From a virus, in UHGV virus genome UHGV-0091695: a stretch of DNA of 64,000 nt; one strand, given 5' to 3'. The position numbers and the translations under genes are program-made. The notes below the pieces were generated by a model that worked only from the letters and a program-made list of their open reading frames with translations, searched no databases and had not been told where the DNA came from. Position 1 is the stretch's first letter, and the number at the start of each line of letters is the position of its first letter. Shown in pieces: positions 47,390 to 56,911 of the stretch.

Positions 47390-47395
47390 TGAATT

Positions 47396-48748
47396 ATGGC
47401 ACTTAGAATAGGAGATAACTTTAGCTATCAAGGGCAGAAGCCTAACTTTGAGAGGGACTGCTTTGATACTCTAGCCGCTATGAAAGCATATCCTGAAACA
47501 AGCATTGATGAAGGGCATCTTTCATATTGTAAGGAAGATGGCAAGAGATATGAATTTAAATCTTCCAACATAGTTGACCCTACTACTGGAAAATGGAGGG
47601 AATTTAAATCAGGCTCTGGGTCTGACCCTTCAGGAGATATAACACAGATACAGCAGGATATAGAACAGATACAGCAGAATATAAAGCAAACACAAACAGA
47701 TTTAGGGACTATACAGGGAACACTGGATGATAGTGTCTGGACAATAGAGAACTCTACTTTCAGTATAGGAGGTGCAAATGTTACTTCTGAAACTGATGGA
47801 TTTGTAGGTAAGAACCTAAATATAACAATTAAGTATCATACTAATGATGAGACTGAAAGGGAGTTTACTATAACAGGTGTGATTCCAGGAGGTCCTGCTA
47901 CATCTTTATTGTATGGGTTAGTCAAAGTTGCTTCAGAAACTATTCAGTCTGTTGAAGCAAATTCTCCTACATCTGAAGCTGGCAGGACATTTCCTATACA
48001 GAAAAATAATAGTGGTCAACTAGTTGTAAATGTTCCTAAGGACACAAGTAGTACCCCTCAATATGATTCAATGCTTGTTTTTGATGGTGTTGAAGCTGGA
48101 GCTATCAGCATACAAGATAGTACTACCCTATCTTTTACAGACATTATTTGGTCTTCTACCAATAAGAAATTTGCTGCAAAAAGTTCTGATGGTCAGTATT
48201 ATAGCAACTGGACTACTAATGATAGATATAAAGGAGATAAGAATAAATATGAGTCATGTAGATTATTTTCTTTAGTTCCTAAAGTATCTACTGGAACTGT
48301 AGGGTTTACTAGTGCTATTTATGCAAGAGTTAATAAGAAGGCTCTTGGAGACAGTTATTCTGAAACTTTAGATAAAGTAGGTGAGGTTAATATTACTTAC
48401 AACAAAGCCTCTTCTTCTGCTGATGGTCTTATGAGTAAGGAGGATAAAGCAGTAATAGATAGTCTTCCCTCTACTATTCTGACTAGTATAGATCCATTTC
48501 AGGCTAATGCTAACAGTGTTACTCTTCATTATTATTCTAGTGATGCCAATCCAGATTCTAAGGTATATCTTCAGGATGAAGAATATAATGAAGAGATACC
48601 TGTTGCTACACAGACTTCTGCTGGTGTAATGACTGCTTCAGATAAAAAGAAACTGGATAGTAGTATTGCTGGAACTATAATTACTGCTTCTGGGTATGAG
48701 AAATTAAGCACAAAGGATAGCCAAACTGTCTACTTTATAAAGGGCTAA
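47396..48748 (+). CDS. Tail/head fibre protein
   Basis: DGLMSKEDK and AGVMTASDKKKLD fibre repeats. Confidence 0.65.
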   Translation: MALRIGDNFSYQGQKPNFERDCFDTLAAMKAYPETSIDEGHLSYCKEDGKRYEFKSSNIVDPTTGKWREFKSGSGSDPSGDITQIQQDIEQIQQNIKQTQTDLGTIQGTLDDSVWTIENSTFSIGGANVTSETDGFVGKNLNITIKYHTNDETEREFTITGVIPGGPATSLLYGLVKVASETIQSVEANSPTSEAGRTFPIQKNNSGQLVVNVPKDTSSTPQYDSMLVFDGVEAGAISIQDSTTLSFTDIIWSSTNKKFAAKSSDGQYYSNWTTNDRYKGDKNKYESCRLFSLVPKVSTGTVGFTSAIYARVNKKALGDSYSETLDKVGEVNITYNKASSSADGLMSKEDKAVIDSLPSTILTSIDPFQANANSVTLHYYSSDANPDSKVYLQDEEYNEEIPVATQTSAGVMTASDKKKLDSSIAGTIITASGYEKLSTKDSQTVYFIKG

Positions 48749-48792
48749 AAGGTTTTATTTTGTATATTATCTATAAATAATTCACTTATATT

Positions 48793-48824
48793 CTTGTATA
48801 AGTGAATTATTTTTTATACATTTG
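48793..48824 (+). promoter_or_regulatory. Promoter overlapping a hairpin
   Basis: CTTG-N20-TACATTTG. Confidence 0.6.
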
Positions 48825-48829
48825 CATCT

Positions 48830-49207
48830 ATGAAAAAGATAATAGTAGCCATATTAATGGTAGTTCTATTCTATAGTTGCACTACAACTAAATATATAGA
48901 AGTTCCAGTAGATAGGGTTAAGACTGAATATAGAGACAGGACACTTATAGATACTCTTATAAGAAATGATAGTATTGTAATAAGAGAGAAGGGTGATACT
49001 ATATTTCTAGAGAAATATAAGTACCTGTATAGGACTAAGGAGGTCAGGGACACAGTGAATGTCACTGACACTATAACTACTGTAAAGACAGTAGAAGTAA
49101 CTAAAGAAATAAATAAGCTATATACTTGGCAGATAGTATTAATGATACTAGGGGGAAGTGGAATAGTACTATTAATTTACAAACTAATTAATTTTATAAG
49201 AAAATGA
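48830..49207 (+). CDS. Lipoprotein with C-terminal TM (unimolecular spanin-like)
   Basis: Signal peptide, lipobox FYSC, beta-rich DT repeats, C-terminal hydrophobic helix. Confidence 0.65.
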   Translation: MKKIIVAILMVVLFYSCTTTKYIEVPVDRVKTEYRDRTLIDTLIRNDSIVIREKGDTIFLEKYKYLYRTKEVRDTVNVTDTITTVKTVEVTKEINKLYTWQIVLMILGGSGIVLLIYKLINFIRK

Positions 49208-49503
49208 CATTTGATGATTTAATTTTAAAGATTGGCTTGGACAAAATCTTGCACTTCCTTACAGGTAGTTTAATAACAGCTATTATTACCTTAGTAATAG
49301 GATTACAAGAACCTACAGTAGGTTGGGGTATAATAGGGGCATCAGTAATTGGGCTAATAGTTACAGCTTTCTTTTCATTTGTTAAAGAAGCTCTCGTAGA
49401 TAATGAGTTTAATGGAAAAGATATAGCTGCTACATTACTAGGCTCTATTCCTATATTTATAGCTGAAATATTAGGTTTGGTATTTCATGAATTATCAAAT
49501 TAG
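49204..49503 (+). CDS. VanZ-like three-TM membrane protein
   Basis: DKILHF...KE..D...DIAATLLG. Confidence 0.65.
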   Translation: MTFDDLILKIGLDKILHFLTGSLITAIITLVIGLQEPTVGWGIIGASVIGLIVTAFFSFVKEALVDNEFNGKDIAATLLGSIPIFIAEILGLVFHELSN

Positions 49504-49509
49504 TAAAAG

Positions 49510-50127
49510 ATGAGAAGAATTGGAACCTTAAATTATAAACCTATAGTAGAAGGAGACAATAATATAGTAGATAAAAATTCTATATTATATGAAGCTAGTT
49601 CTGGAAATTTCTATAAGAGAAATAGCAAGGGGAAATTAGAGTCAATGTCTGGAGCACATGAGGAGACTGATAAAAATCCATTTACTGAATTAAGTAATGC
49701 CTATAGTAATAGGCAAATCATAGGTGATTGTTTCAGATTTTTATTCCATAGTGAATCAGCAGGCCAGGCCTATATATCTACTGCTGATATTAAACCAGGG
49801 AGTCCTGATTGGCAAGTTTTTATACCTTCCTCTGTCACTAATCTAGCAGTTATGGTTTTAGATACACCTGTATCTGATATAGAAGGGCTTAAAGAACTTT
49901 CTTTATCCAACTCCCCAAGAGAGATTTCTGAAGAAGAGTTGCAGCCTTTATACCCTGCAATAGAAGCACATGCTATTGGGTTAGGCCTTTTCTCGGGTGC
50001 TGATATACCAGATAAATTGGTTGCAGATAATGCTATAGTCTCTGAAATTCTTAATAGTTTAGTATCAACTTATGATGGGAAAGAAATGCTATTTCCCCAA
50101 AAGACTCTACATATGACTCCTTCTTAA
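49510..50127 (+). CDS. Putative head-fibre/decoration protein
   Basis: N-terminal IVEGDNN motif shared with 50457-51062. Confidence 0.5.
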   Translation: MRRIGTLNYKPIVEGDNNIVDKNSILYEASSGNFYKRNSKGKLESMSGAHEETDKNPFTELSNAYSNRQIIGDCFRFLFHSESAGQAYISTADIKPGSPDWQVFIPSSVTNLAVMVLDTPVSDIEGLKELSLSNSPREISEEELQPLYPAIEAHAIGLGLFSGADIPDKLVADNAIVSEILNSLVSTYDGKEMLFPQKTLHMTPS

Positions 50128-50128
50128 T

Positions 50129-50473
50129 ATGGATACTGGAATACTTGTAACAGCAATAATAGGGGCCTTTACTACCTTTGCTTCAGGCTGGACTTCATGG
50201 TTTTTCACAAGAAAAAAGTATAATAGTGAGGTAGACCAGAATGTCATTCATAACATGAATGAGTCTCTTGAGTTCTATAAGAAGTTATCAGATGATAACA
50301 AGCAGAGACTCGATGCTATGATTAAGAGAAATGATGAGCTTGAAGATGAAATGAAGGAGTTAAGAAAGCAGATGGCCTCCCTTATGATGATGACTTGTAC
50401 AAGTCTTACATGTAAGCTTAGACAAGTAAGTTTTGAACTAAATGAAGAAAAGATAAATGAAGAGGATATCTGA
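50129..50473 (+). CDS. TM plus coiled-coil protein (holin-like)
   Basis: N-terminal hydrophobic helix and coiled coil; near the endolysin. Confidence 0.55.
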   Translation: MDTGILVTAIIGAFTTFASGWTSWFFTRKKYNSEVDQNVIHNMNESLEFYKKLSDDNKQRLDAMIKRNDELEDEMKELRKQMASLMMMTCTSLTCKLRQVSFELNEEKINEEDI

Positions 50474-51062
50474 TTTTAAAATAGTAGAAGGAGACCCTAA
50501 TCTAATAAGAGATGAGATATTAATTGAAACTGATAAGTCTACTGGTGATATTATAGATATAAAGAAGAGGGTAAGTGGAAATCTTCAAAGCTTATTAAGT
50601 TCTACTAAATTTGTTGACCCTAATAATTTTAAGGTAGTCTCATATAGTAACACATCTGTAGCAGCATATAATTATTATGAATGCTTGTCACCTAGTCCAC
50701 AGAATATGGGTCTACAGGAATTTCCCTATATAATTAATATAGATAGTAGTAGATGGGATGGTGGTCAAGGTATTATTTCTTTTGTTACTTCAGACTATAG
50801 TATGCCTTCTAGTGAGGCTTCAGGAACTGAACCTGATAAAAAGTATATACAAAAGGTAGTTTCTGTAGATGATAATATGAGACTTTCTAGGACATCAAGA
50901 CTATCTCTTACTAAGAGTGATGTCAAGGGTCATATGATAGCAGTACCTATAGATACAGACTTTTATAAATATCTCTTAGAGGGTATCCTTACTGAGGGCA
51001 GTGGAGGTGATCAGTTTTTACGTAAAGCCTATGAACATGCCATCTGTGTTGCTTTCTCTTAG
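50457..51062 (+). CDS. Putative head-fibre/decoration protein
   Basis: N-terminal IVEGDPN...EILI...IIDIKKR motif. Confidence 0.55.
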   Translation: MKRISDFKIVEGDPNLIRDEILIETDKSTGDIIDIKKRVSGNLQSLLSSTKFVDPNNFKVVSYSNTSVAAYNYYECLSPSPQNMGLQEFPYIINIDSSRWDGGQGIISFVTSDYSMPSSEASGTEPDKKYIQKVVSVDDNMRLSRTSRLSLTKSDVKGHMIAVPIDTDFYKYLLEGILTEGSGGDQFLRKAYEHAICVAFS

Positions 51063-51084
51063 GGTGGAAATAAAATAAGACTAA

Positions 51085-51549
51085 ATGAGACTGACATTAT
51101 ATAGAAAATATAAGAAGCAAGGATACACTATAGGTAAGTTATCTGTAGATGATGTGTACTTCTGTGACACTCTAGAGGATACAGATAGAGGACTAAAAGA
51201 CTCAATGCCTCTTGAGCAGATAAGAAGAATAAAGAAACCTAATATGACAGCTATACCTACAGGTACTTATGAGATAACCCTTGATATATACAGTCCTAGA
51301 TTTGGTACTAGAGACTTTTATAAAGAGACATGTAATGGTAAAGTTCCTAGATTGCTGAATGTAAAAGGGTTTGATGGTATTCTCCTACATGCTGGGAACA
51401 CAAATTATGACACATCTGGCTGTATTCTCGTTGGAGATAATACCCAAGTAGGTAAGGTATTAAACAGTCAAAACACATTTAGAAAGCTTTATGCTAAATT
51501 AAAAGAAGCTCATGATAGAGGAGAGGATATAAAGATAACTATTGTTTAA
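51085..51549 (+). CDS. DUF5675 (L,D-transpeptidase-like) putative endolysin
   Basis: YTIGKL...CDTLED, TAIPTGTY and GILLHAGN...DTSGCILVG motifs. Confidence 0.85.
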   Translation: MRLTLYRKYKKQGYTIGKLSVDDVYFCDTLEDTDRGLKDSMPLEQIRRIKKPNMTAIPTGTYEITLDIYSPRFGTRDFYKETCNGKVPRLLNVKGFDGILLHAGNTNYDTSGCILVGDNTQVGKVLNSQNTFRKLYAKLKEAHDRGEDIKITIV

Positions 51550-51568
51550 CTTTTAAAACTATACAATT

Positions 51569-51619
51569 ATGGCTTGTGGATGTAAGAAAGGTAAAGGAAA
51601 AGGTAAGAAAGGTAAATAA
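51569..51619 (+). CDS. 16-aa basic peptide MACGCKKGKGKGKKGK
   Basis: Read by eye; AT-rich leader. Confidence 0.45.
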   Translation: MACGCKKGKGKGKKGK

Positions 51620-51635
51620 CTAAAAGTGTAAAATT

Positions 51636-51725
51636 ATGGCAAGAGGAAAGAGAAGACCGAAGCCAATGTCACCAAAGGTTGGTATCAAGAAAACAAGGTA
51701 TGGCTGTGGAGGAAAACTTAAATAA
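51636..51725 (+). CDS. 29-aa basic peptide ending YGCGGKLK
   Basis: Read by eye. Confidence 0.5.
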   Translation: MARGKRRPKPMSPKVGIKKTRYGCGGKLK

Positions 51726-51729
51726 GAGT

Positions 51730-52078
51730 ATGTACAAGTTACTTATACTAATGCTTAAATATATACCTATGTTAATATCATTAGTATATATATACTAAAC
51801 ACAGCTTTATCCTACTTTTATATAGACATTCCTGTATTGAGCAATCTGGCAGGAATGTCTATATTGCCTTGGATATTTATGTATTTATCTGCAACAGTAT
51901 TTAGGTTTTACTTATACCACAAGATGTTCTTACATTATATCTTGGTAACTGATATAATAAACATAATTGATTACTATGTAGGTATCCCAATTGAGGACTT
52001 ATAGCTGTTGATGATTCATGGAACTATAACAGGATTATTCCTGTTTGTAATATTGTATTTATATGTTAAGAGTCATAA
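51730..52078 (+). pseudogene. Disrupted membrane protein gene
   Basis: Hydrophobic coding-like sequence broken at a TA-repeat run (about 51786) and by an in-frame TAG (about 52001). Confidence 0.5.
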
Positions 52079-52359
52079 GAAGCCTACTATTAAAGATAGT
52101 AGATGATATTGATGCAGGTGACTCTAATATAACAGAGAAAGAAACTGTTGAGCTGGTTGATACCTTAAAGAGGTTAACTGATAGGCAGAAGAGACTTAGT
52201 AAGTATGAAGCTTGCAGGTATCTGAATGTAAGTAGGGCTACTTTTGATAACTATATCAGAGAAGGTAAATTACCAAAAGGCACCAAGGAAGTAGGATTTA
52301 AGGAACTCTCATGGTCTAGAAAAGAATTAGATGAATTTATAATTAATAATAGAAAGTAA
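52063..52359 (+). CDS. Excisionase/MerR-like HTH DNA-binding protein
   Basis: LSKYEACRYLNVSRATFDNYIREGKLP. Confidence 0.8.
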   Translation: MLRVIRSLLLKIVDDIDAGDSNITEKETVELVDTLKRLTDRQKRLSKYEACRYLNVSRATFDNYIREGKLPKGTKEVGFKELSWSRKELDEFIINNRK

Positions 52360-52360
52360 T

Positions 52361-52768
52361 ATGGAAGAATCATATATAAGAGGAGTCAATTCTGAATTAA
52401 TTAGAGCTATAAAGGAATTAGGTAAGAAGCTTGATACTATAGCACAGAACCAATCAGAAGTGACTATTACAGCTGATGCTATTAATCTTAACACGGATGA
52501 GTTGGAGGATAAGTTAGATTCATTAATTGGTGTTCAATTAAAGCAGAATTTTCTTAATCCTACACATTTGGGTATAGTGTCAGAAGGAGATACTACATTT
52601 GAACAAAATGTTGTTCTTTGTAATATTACAGATAACAATATTACTGTAACAGTTACAGCAGCAGATGATACTGCTGCTCAATCTATTGTATTAACACCTG
52701 GTTGGAATCCTGCAATAGTTAAAGCTATAACAGGTGTAACTGCTAATACTTTAATATATGGTTGGTAA
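52361..52768 (+). CDS. Putative virion protein
   Basis: Coiled coil plus beta-rich end (GWNP). Confidence 0.55.
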   Translation: MEESYIRGVNSELIRAIKELGKKLDTIAQNQSEVTITADAINLNTDELEDKLDSLIGVQLKQNFLNPTHLGIVSEGDTTFEQNVVLCNITDNNITVTVTAADDTAAQSIVLTPGWNPAIVKAITGVTANTLIYGW

Positions 52769-53774
52769 TGCTAATGCTAATGGAGTACCTTTTATTAAAA
52801 ATAGTACTTCATTTTTAAAAGATAATATTGTTCTTTGGTATGACCTTAAAAGACAAGGTGCTACTAATGAATCAATGAAAGCCAATCCTATTCTAAAAGA
52901 TTTAAGTGGACATGGCCATGATGCTACTTGCTATAACTTTGCTTGGAATAGACAAAGTGGTATAAGTAGTTATTTTGATTTTAATCTCTTTAAATACGGT
53001 AGTAACTGGGGAAAATATGTCAAAGATGTAACAGAAACAAGTTTTATATACTATCATCCTGGAAATGATACTTCTGTAATGATAAATGCTAATAATTATG
53101 TTGTTTATCCTTTTCAAATAAAAGTTACAGGTATAACCGATACAGGATTAAGACTTGAATATGGGCAAGGAACTATTCCCGAAACTGAAAGTTCAATTAA
53201 AACTGATGGAGTTTATACTATTACGAGAACAGCGTATGGTGGATTTAAACTATATGGAGATGAATCAATAACTTGCAATATTAAAATAGAACAAATAGCA
53301 TATCCTAATGCTCTTGTAGCAGATGGTGTAGATGATTATGCTTATGTAGAAGGATTACCTATACTCACAGATTTTACTCTTATTACTAAGAGGAAAAGAC
53401 TTGATGCAGGCTTGAGTAAAAGAGGTGCTATTGCTTCAAAAATGGCAGGCGATAGTAATAACGGGGCATTTCTGTTTGAACTTATTCAAGCTAATACAGG
53501 TATTAATCAAGTAGTATCCTTTGGTCACTTCCTTAGTCTTAAAATGGTTGATACAGATATTTCTTATATGACTAAGAATTCTTATAATGGAGTTACTATA
53601 ATTGCAGGTAATCTTCCCGATACTGAGTATCTTAATTTATTTAAAGTAAGAAACCAAGTAGGTGGATGTGCTCAAGCTGCTCTATATTCTTTTGTTCTTT
53701 TTAATAGAACTCTTACAGATGAAGAAATTGAATGGGTTAAGAAGAATTTATTGGATGAGAATTATCTATTATAA
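52758..53774 (+). CDS. ConA/LamG-like fibre-associated protein
   Basis: LKDLSGHGHDA, DGVDDYA and LFNRTLTDEEI motifs. Confidence 0.65.
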   Translation: MVGNANANGVPFIKNSTSFLKDNIVLWYDLKRQGATNESMKANPILKDLSGHGHDATCYNFAWNRQSGISSYFDFNLFKYGSNWGKYVKDVTETSFIYYHPGNDTSVMINANNYVVYPFQIKVTGITDTGLRLEYGQGTIPETESSIKTDGVYTITRTAYGGFKLYGDESITCNIKIEQIAYPNALVADGVDDYAYVEGLPILTDFTLITKRKRLDAGLSKRGAIASKMAGDSNNGAFLFELIQANTGINQVVSFGHFLSLKMVDTDISYMTKNSYNGVTIIAGNLPDTEYLNLFKVRNQVGGCAQAALYSFVLFNRTLTDEEIEWVKKNLLDENYLL

Positions 53775-53790
53775 AAAAAATTAAGTTCCT

Positions 53791-54132
53791 ATGATAACTA
53801 AGAAAAAGATAAATATTCCAATATTTGATTTTAAGTTAACAATAGCTATATTTGACTATTGGGATGAAGTCAAGGATTGGTTTGACCAAGGTCCTGAACC
53901 TAGAGCTATTACTAAACATAATGGTTTTGGTGGAGCACTGGTAGCTGTGAACTCAAAAAGAGGTAGCAGCATAGTACATGAGGCTGTACATATCAAGAAT
54001 GCTATATGGGAATGGATTGGATATAGACCTATGGCTGATAATGACGAAGTGGATGCCTATGTGGTCACCTATATCTATAACAAGATAGTAGATGTGTTCT
54101 ATAAGCATAATGATGAAAAATCTACAAAATAA
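53791..54132 (+). CDS. Small zincin-like HExxH protein
   Basis: IVHEAVH...NDEVDAY. Confidence 0.7.
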   Translation: MITKKKINIPIFDFKLTIAIFDYWDEVKDWFDQGPEPRAITKHNGFGGALVAVNSKRGSSIVHEAVHIKNAIWEWIGYRPMADNDEVDAYVVTYIYNKIVDVFYKHNDEKSTK

Positions 54133-54159
54133 GGGGATAGTATTATCCCCTTTTATTTT
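54131..54159 (+). terminator. Intrinsic terminator
   Basis: AAGGGGATA/TATCCCCTT followed by a T-rich tail. Confidence 0.75.
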
Positions 54160-54309
54160 ATCTATATGTTACTAAGTTAAAGTCCTGTATATCAACTAGA
54201 TATGCAGGACTTAGCATTTTGCTGAAATTTGAATTATTATATCTATCTTTGCATTATGTAAGCTTACAAGAGATTTAAACATAAAGTAAAACAATTCAAT
54301 TTCAGAACT

Positions 54310-54772
54310 ATGGAAGTCTCAAATAGATGCTGACCATAGTCTGTATAGGTCACAAGTAGAGGCTGACTTTGGTCTTTACAAGTCTACAAGAGATAGCCTT
54401 GATGCTATGACTGCAAAGCAGAATCAAGCTTTCTTTGACTTGTATAAGGGACAAAGAGACAACTATGATGCTCTTGCTCAAAGAATAGCTGCCCTTGAGA
54501 CTAATGAAGCTGTCAATGCTGCTGTTGAGCCTTGGAGAGCTAAGGTTCTTGACATGAGAATCAATGGAGTTGCAGCTTCTGCTACAGCTGCTGTGGCTCT
54601 TGAAGCTGAAAGAAGATGCTGTGCTGACAACAAGATTGTCAACTATGTGAACTCTACATTTGTACCTCAAACTATAGCTGAGCCTACAATAGGAACAACT
54701 ACTAGAACTGAGACTACTTATAATCCTCTCTGTGGCTGTTATAAACCTTGCTGCTACGGAGGTTCTATCTAA
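54310..54772 (+). pseudogene. 5'-deleted gene; intact portion 54407-54772 is Cys-rich at the end
   Basis: ATG at 54310 after a promoter hits a stop within a few codons; downstream frame continues ...ERRCCADNKIV...YNPLCGC. Confidence 0.5.
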
Positions 54773-54827
54773 GAATAACAGGGAGTAGCAATACTCCCTT
54801 TATATACTAATTGTAAATGAGTTTATT

Positions 54828-55259
54828 ATGCCATACCAACCTATTAATCAAGTATTTCTGGGAGGTGGTCCTATGGATACCCTTGATGATATAGATGCCC
54901 AGATAAATAAGATGCAGGCTTATAGAAATAAGCTGAGACAGGCCTCACAGCCTCAGAGGTTAATATGGGATGAGATTGATGCTGAAATCATACCTATGAC
55001 TGATGAGCAGAAAGCAAGACTCCTTCAAGACCCTGAGTATGCTGAGGTATATACTGAACTTCAAACTATAGTACAGAATGAAATCCTTAACCTAGTTAAA
55101 GGAAGGATTGAAAGTACTGAAAGAGGAAGGGAGCTTCTATCTAAGCAACTTAGGATAGTAAAGAAGCTGAAGAATAAGATTATCAGTGATACCAATAGAG
55201 AGATGGAGTTGACAATATGTCAAGGTCTAATCCAGTCATTAGTTTCTTTAAGCCTATAG
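54828..55259 (+). CDS. Hypothetical protein, probably 3'-truncated
   Basis: ORF track; last residues look out of frame. Confidence 0.55.
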   Translation: MPYQPINQVFLGGGPMDTLDDIDAQINKMQAYRNKLRQASQPQRLIWDEIDAEIIPMTDEQKARLLQDPEYAEVYTELQTIVQNEILNLVKGRIESTERGRELLSKQLRIVKKLKNKIISDTNREMELTICQGLIQSLVSLSL

Positions 55260-55558
55260 CATCAAGAGTACTTAAGAAGAAGTTGTCTGGCATTACCAGT
55301 TTTCTTGATTTGGTAGCTGATGAGAATGGCAATATAGATGTTGAGAATATCATTGGTGAAATGACTACCTCCCTTATTAATACTCAACCCTTTGGGATTG
55401 CACTTAATGCCCAATACCATGACTATTGTGAGCTGCTTAAGGCATGGTTTGGTGATAATATTGACACTAAAGTAATTGAATCTGCTGTGAACTTCTGGTT
55501 CAAGGATGATGATTACAAGGGTGGAAATAAGGTATATAAATACTTTAGGGAAGCATAA
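55217..55558 (+). CDS. Hypothetical, probably deletion-fused protein
   Basis: ORF track; two unrelated-looking halves. Confidence 0.45.
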   Translation: MSRSNPVISFFKPIASRVLKKKLSGITSFLDLVADENGNIDVENIIGEMTTSLINTQPFGIALNAQYHDYCELLKAWFGDNIDTKVIESAVNFWFKDDDYKGGNKVYKYFREA

Positions 55559-55567
55559 TAAGCTTAA

Positions 55568-55600
55568 GAGGGTGTAGTAGTGATGCTACACCCTTTCTTT
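55568..55600 (+). terminator. Intrinsic terminator
   Basis: AGGGTGTAGTA/TGCTACACCCT followed by a T-rich tail. Confidence 0.75.
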
Positions 55601-55653
55601 ATGTCAGTAAATAAGTATTTAATTTATAGTTCTCTAACTATCTATTTTAGCTT

Positions 55654-55685
55654 CTTGTCTACTTCCTAAATAGTTAATAACTTTG
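55654..55685 (+). promoter_or_regulatory. Promoter of the scaffold/MCP operon
   Basis: CTTG-N20-TAACTTTG. Confidence 0.7.
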
Positions 55686-55713
55686 CACAGTTAATAACTA
55701 AAGGAGAAGAAGT

Positions 55714-56880
55714 ATGGAAGAATTAAGTGATAACTTTATACTATCAGGAGATGAGATTGATGCTCTTGACCTCTTTGATAGTAATGAAACACAAGAAGAA
55801 ACTCCTTCTGAAGGAAATGATGATAAAGGTGGCAGCACAGTAAAAGAAAAGGATAAACCAACTACTGAGGAAGAAGTAAATCCTGATGATTTATTTAATC
55901 CAGAGAGCGTAGGTAGTGAGGATAAAGAAGATAAGAAAGGTAAAGAGGAAGAGACACCTGATTCTAATAAGGATAATGGCTCTTCTCCCAATTCTAGCTT
56001 CTACTATTCCATTGCCAGTGCCTTAGTAGAAGATGGTGTCCTCCCTGACCTTGATGAAGAGTTTGTTAAAGGAATAAAGTCTCCTGAAGATTTGGCTGAA
56101 GCTATTGACAAGCAGGTGGAAGCCAGACTTGATGAGACTCAGAAGAGAATTAATGCTGCACTTAATGCTGATATTGAACCAGATGAAATCAGGCAATATG
56201 AAGCAGTGTTGGGTAACTTAAGTAAAATCACTGAGGAAGCCATAAAGGATGAGACAGAGAAAGGTGAGAACTTAAGGAAGCAGCTTATATTCCAAGACCT
56301 TATTAATAGAGGATTCTCAAAGGAAAGAGCAGCAAGGGAAGTTAAGAAGTCCTTTGACAGTGGCTCAGATATAGAGGATGCCAAAGATGCCCTAGAGAGT
56401 AACAGGTCTTACTTCAAGCAGCAATATGATGACCTTGTTAAAGAAGGTCAAGAAGAGGCTGAAGCTGAGAAGAAGAGAATAAAGAAGGAGGCTCAAGACC
56501 TCAAGAAACAGATGCTTGAAGATAAGGAAATCTTTGAGGGTGTCACTATGGATAAGGCAACTAGGCAAAAGGCTTATGATAATATTGCCAAGCCAGTCTA
56601 TAAGACTGAGGATGGTGATTATCTTACAGCTATACAGAAGTATGAGACAGAGAACCCTGTTGAGTTCAGAAAGAAACTAGGAGTTATCTTTACTCTTACT
56701 AATGGATTCAAAGACCTTGATATGCTTGTTAAAGGTAAAGTAAAGAAAGAAGTCAAGAACAGCCTCAGAGAGTTGGAGCATACCCTAAGAAATACTAATA
56801 GACCTAAAGGAAATCCTAAGTTTATTGAGAATGGGGATGACCCAGAGTCATATAGCAGCGGCTGGTCACTTGATGTATGA
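55714..56880 (+). CDS. Putative capsid scaffolding protein
   Basis: Acidic, helical, directly upstream of MCP. Confidence 0.7.
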   Translation: MEELSDNFILSGDEIDALDLFDSNETQEETPSEGNDDKGGSTVKEKDKPTTEEEVNPDDLFNPESVGSEDKEDKKGKEEETPDSNKDNGSSPNSSFYYSIASALVEDGVLPDLDEEFVKGIKSPEDLAEAIDKQVEARLDETQKRINAALNADIEPDEIRQYEAVLGNLSKITEEAIKDETEKGENLRKQLIFQDLINRGFSKERAAREVKKSFDSGSDIEDAKDALESNRSYFKQQYDDLVKEGQEEAEAEKKRIKKEAQDLKKQMLEDKEIFEGVTMDKATRQKAYDNIAKPVYKTEDGDYLTAIQKYETENPVEFRKKLGVIFTLTNGFKDLDMLVKGKVKKEVKNSLRELEHTLRNTNRPKGNPKFIENGDDPESYSSGWSLDV

Positions 56881-56911
56881 TATAGACGATTAACTAATAA
56901 ATTAACAGAAA

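Noticed and set aside
43490..53774. Diversity-generating retroelement or invertible tail cassette
   Set aside because: No reverse transcriptase, recombinase or near-identical TR/VR pair was detected by eye.
42474..55558. 13 kb between portal and scaffold read as a foreign insertion
   Set aside because: Fibre and lysis genes at this position appear normal for this phage group, and no integrase or att-like repeats were seen.
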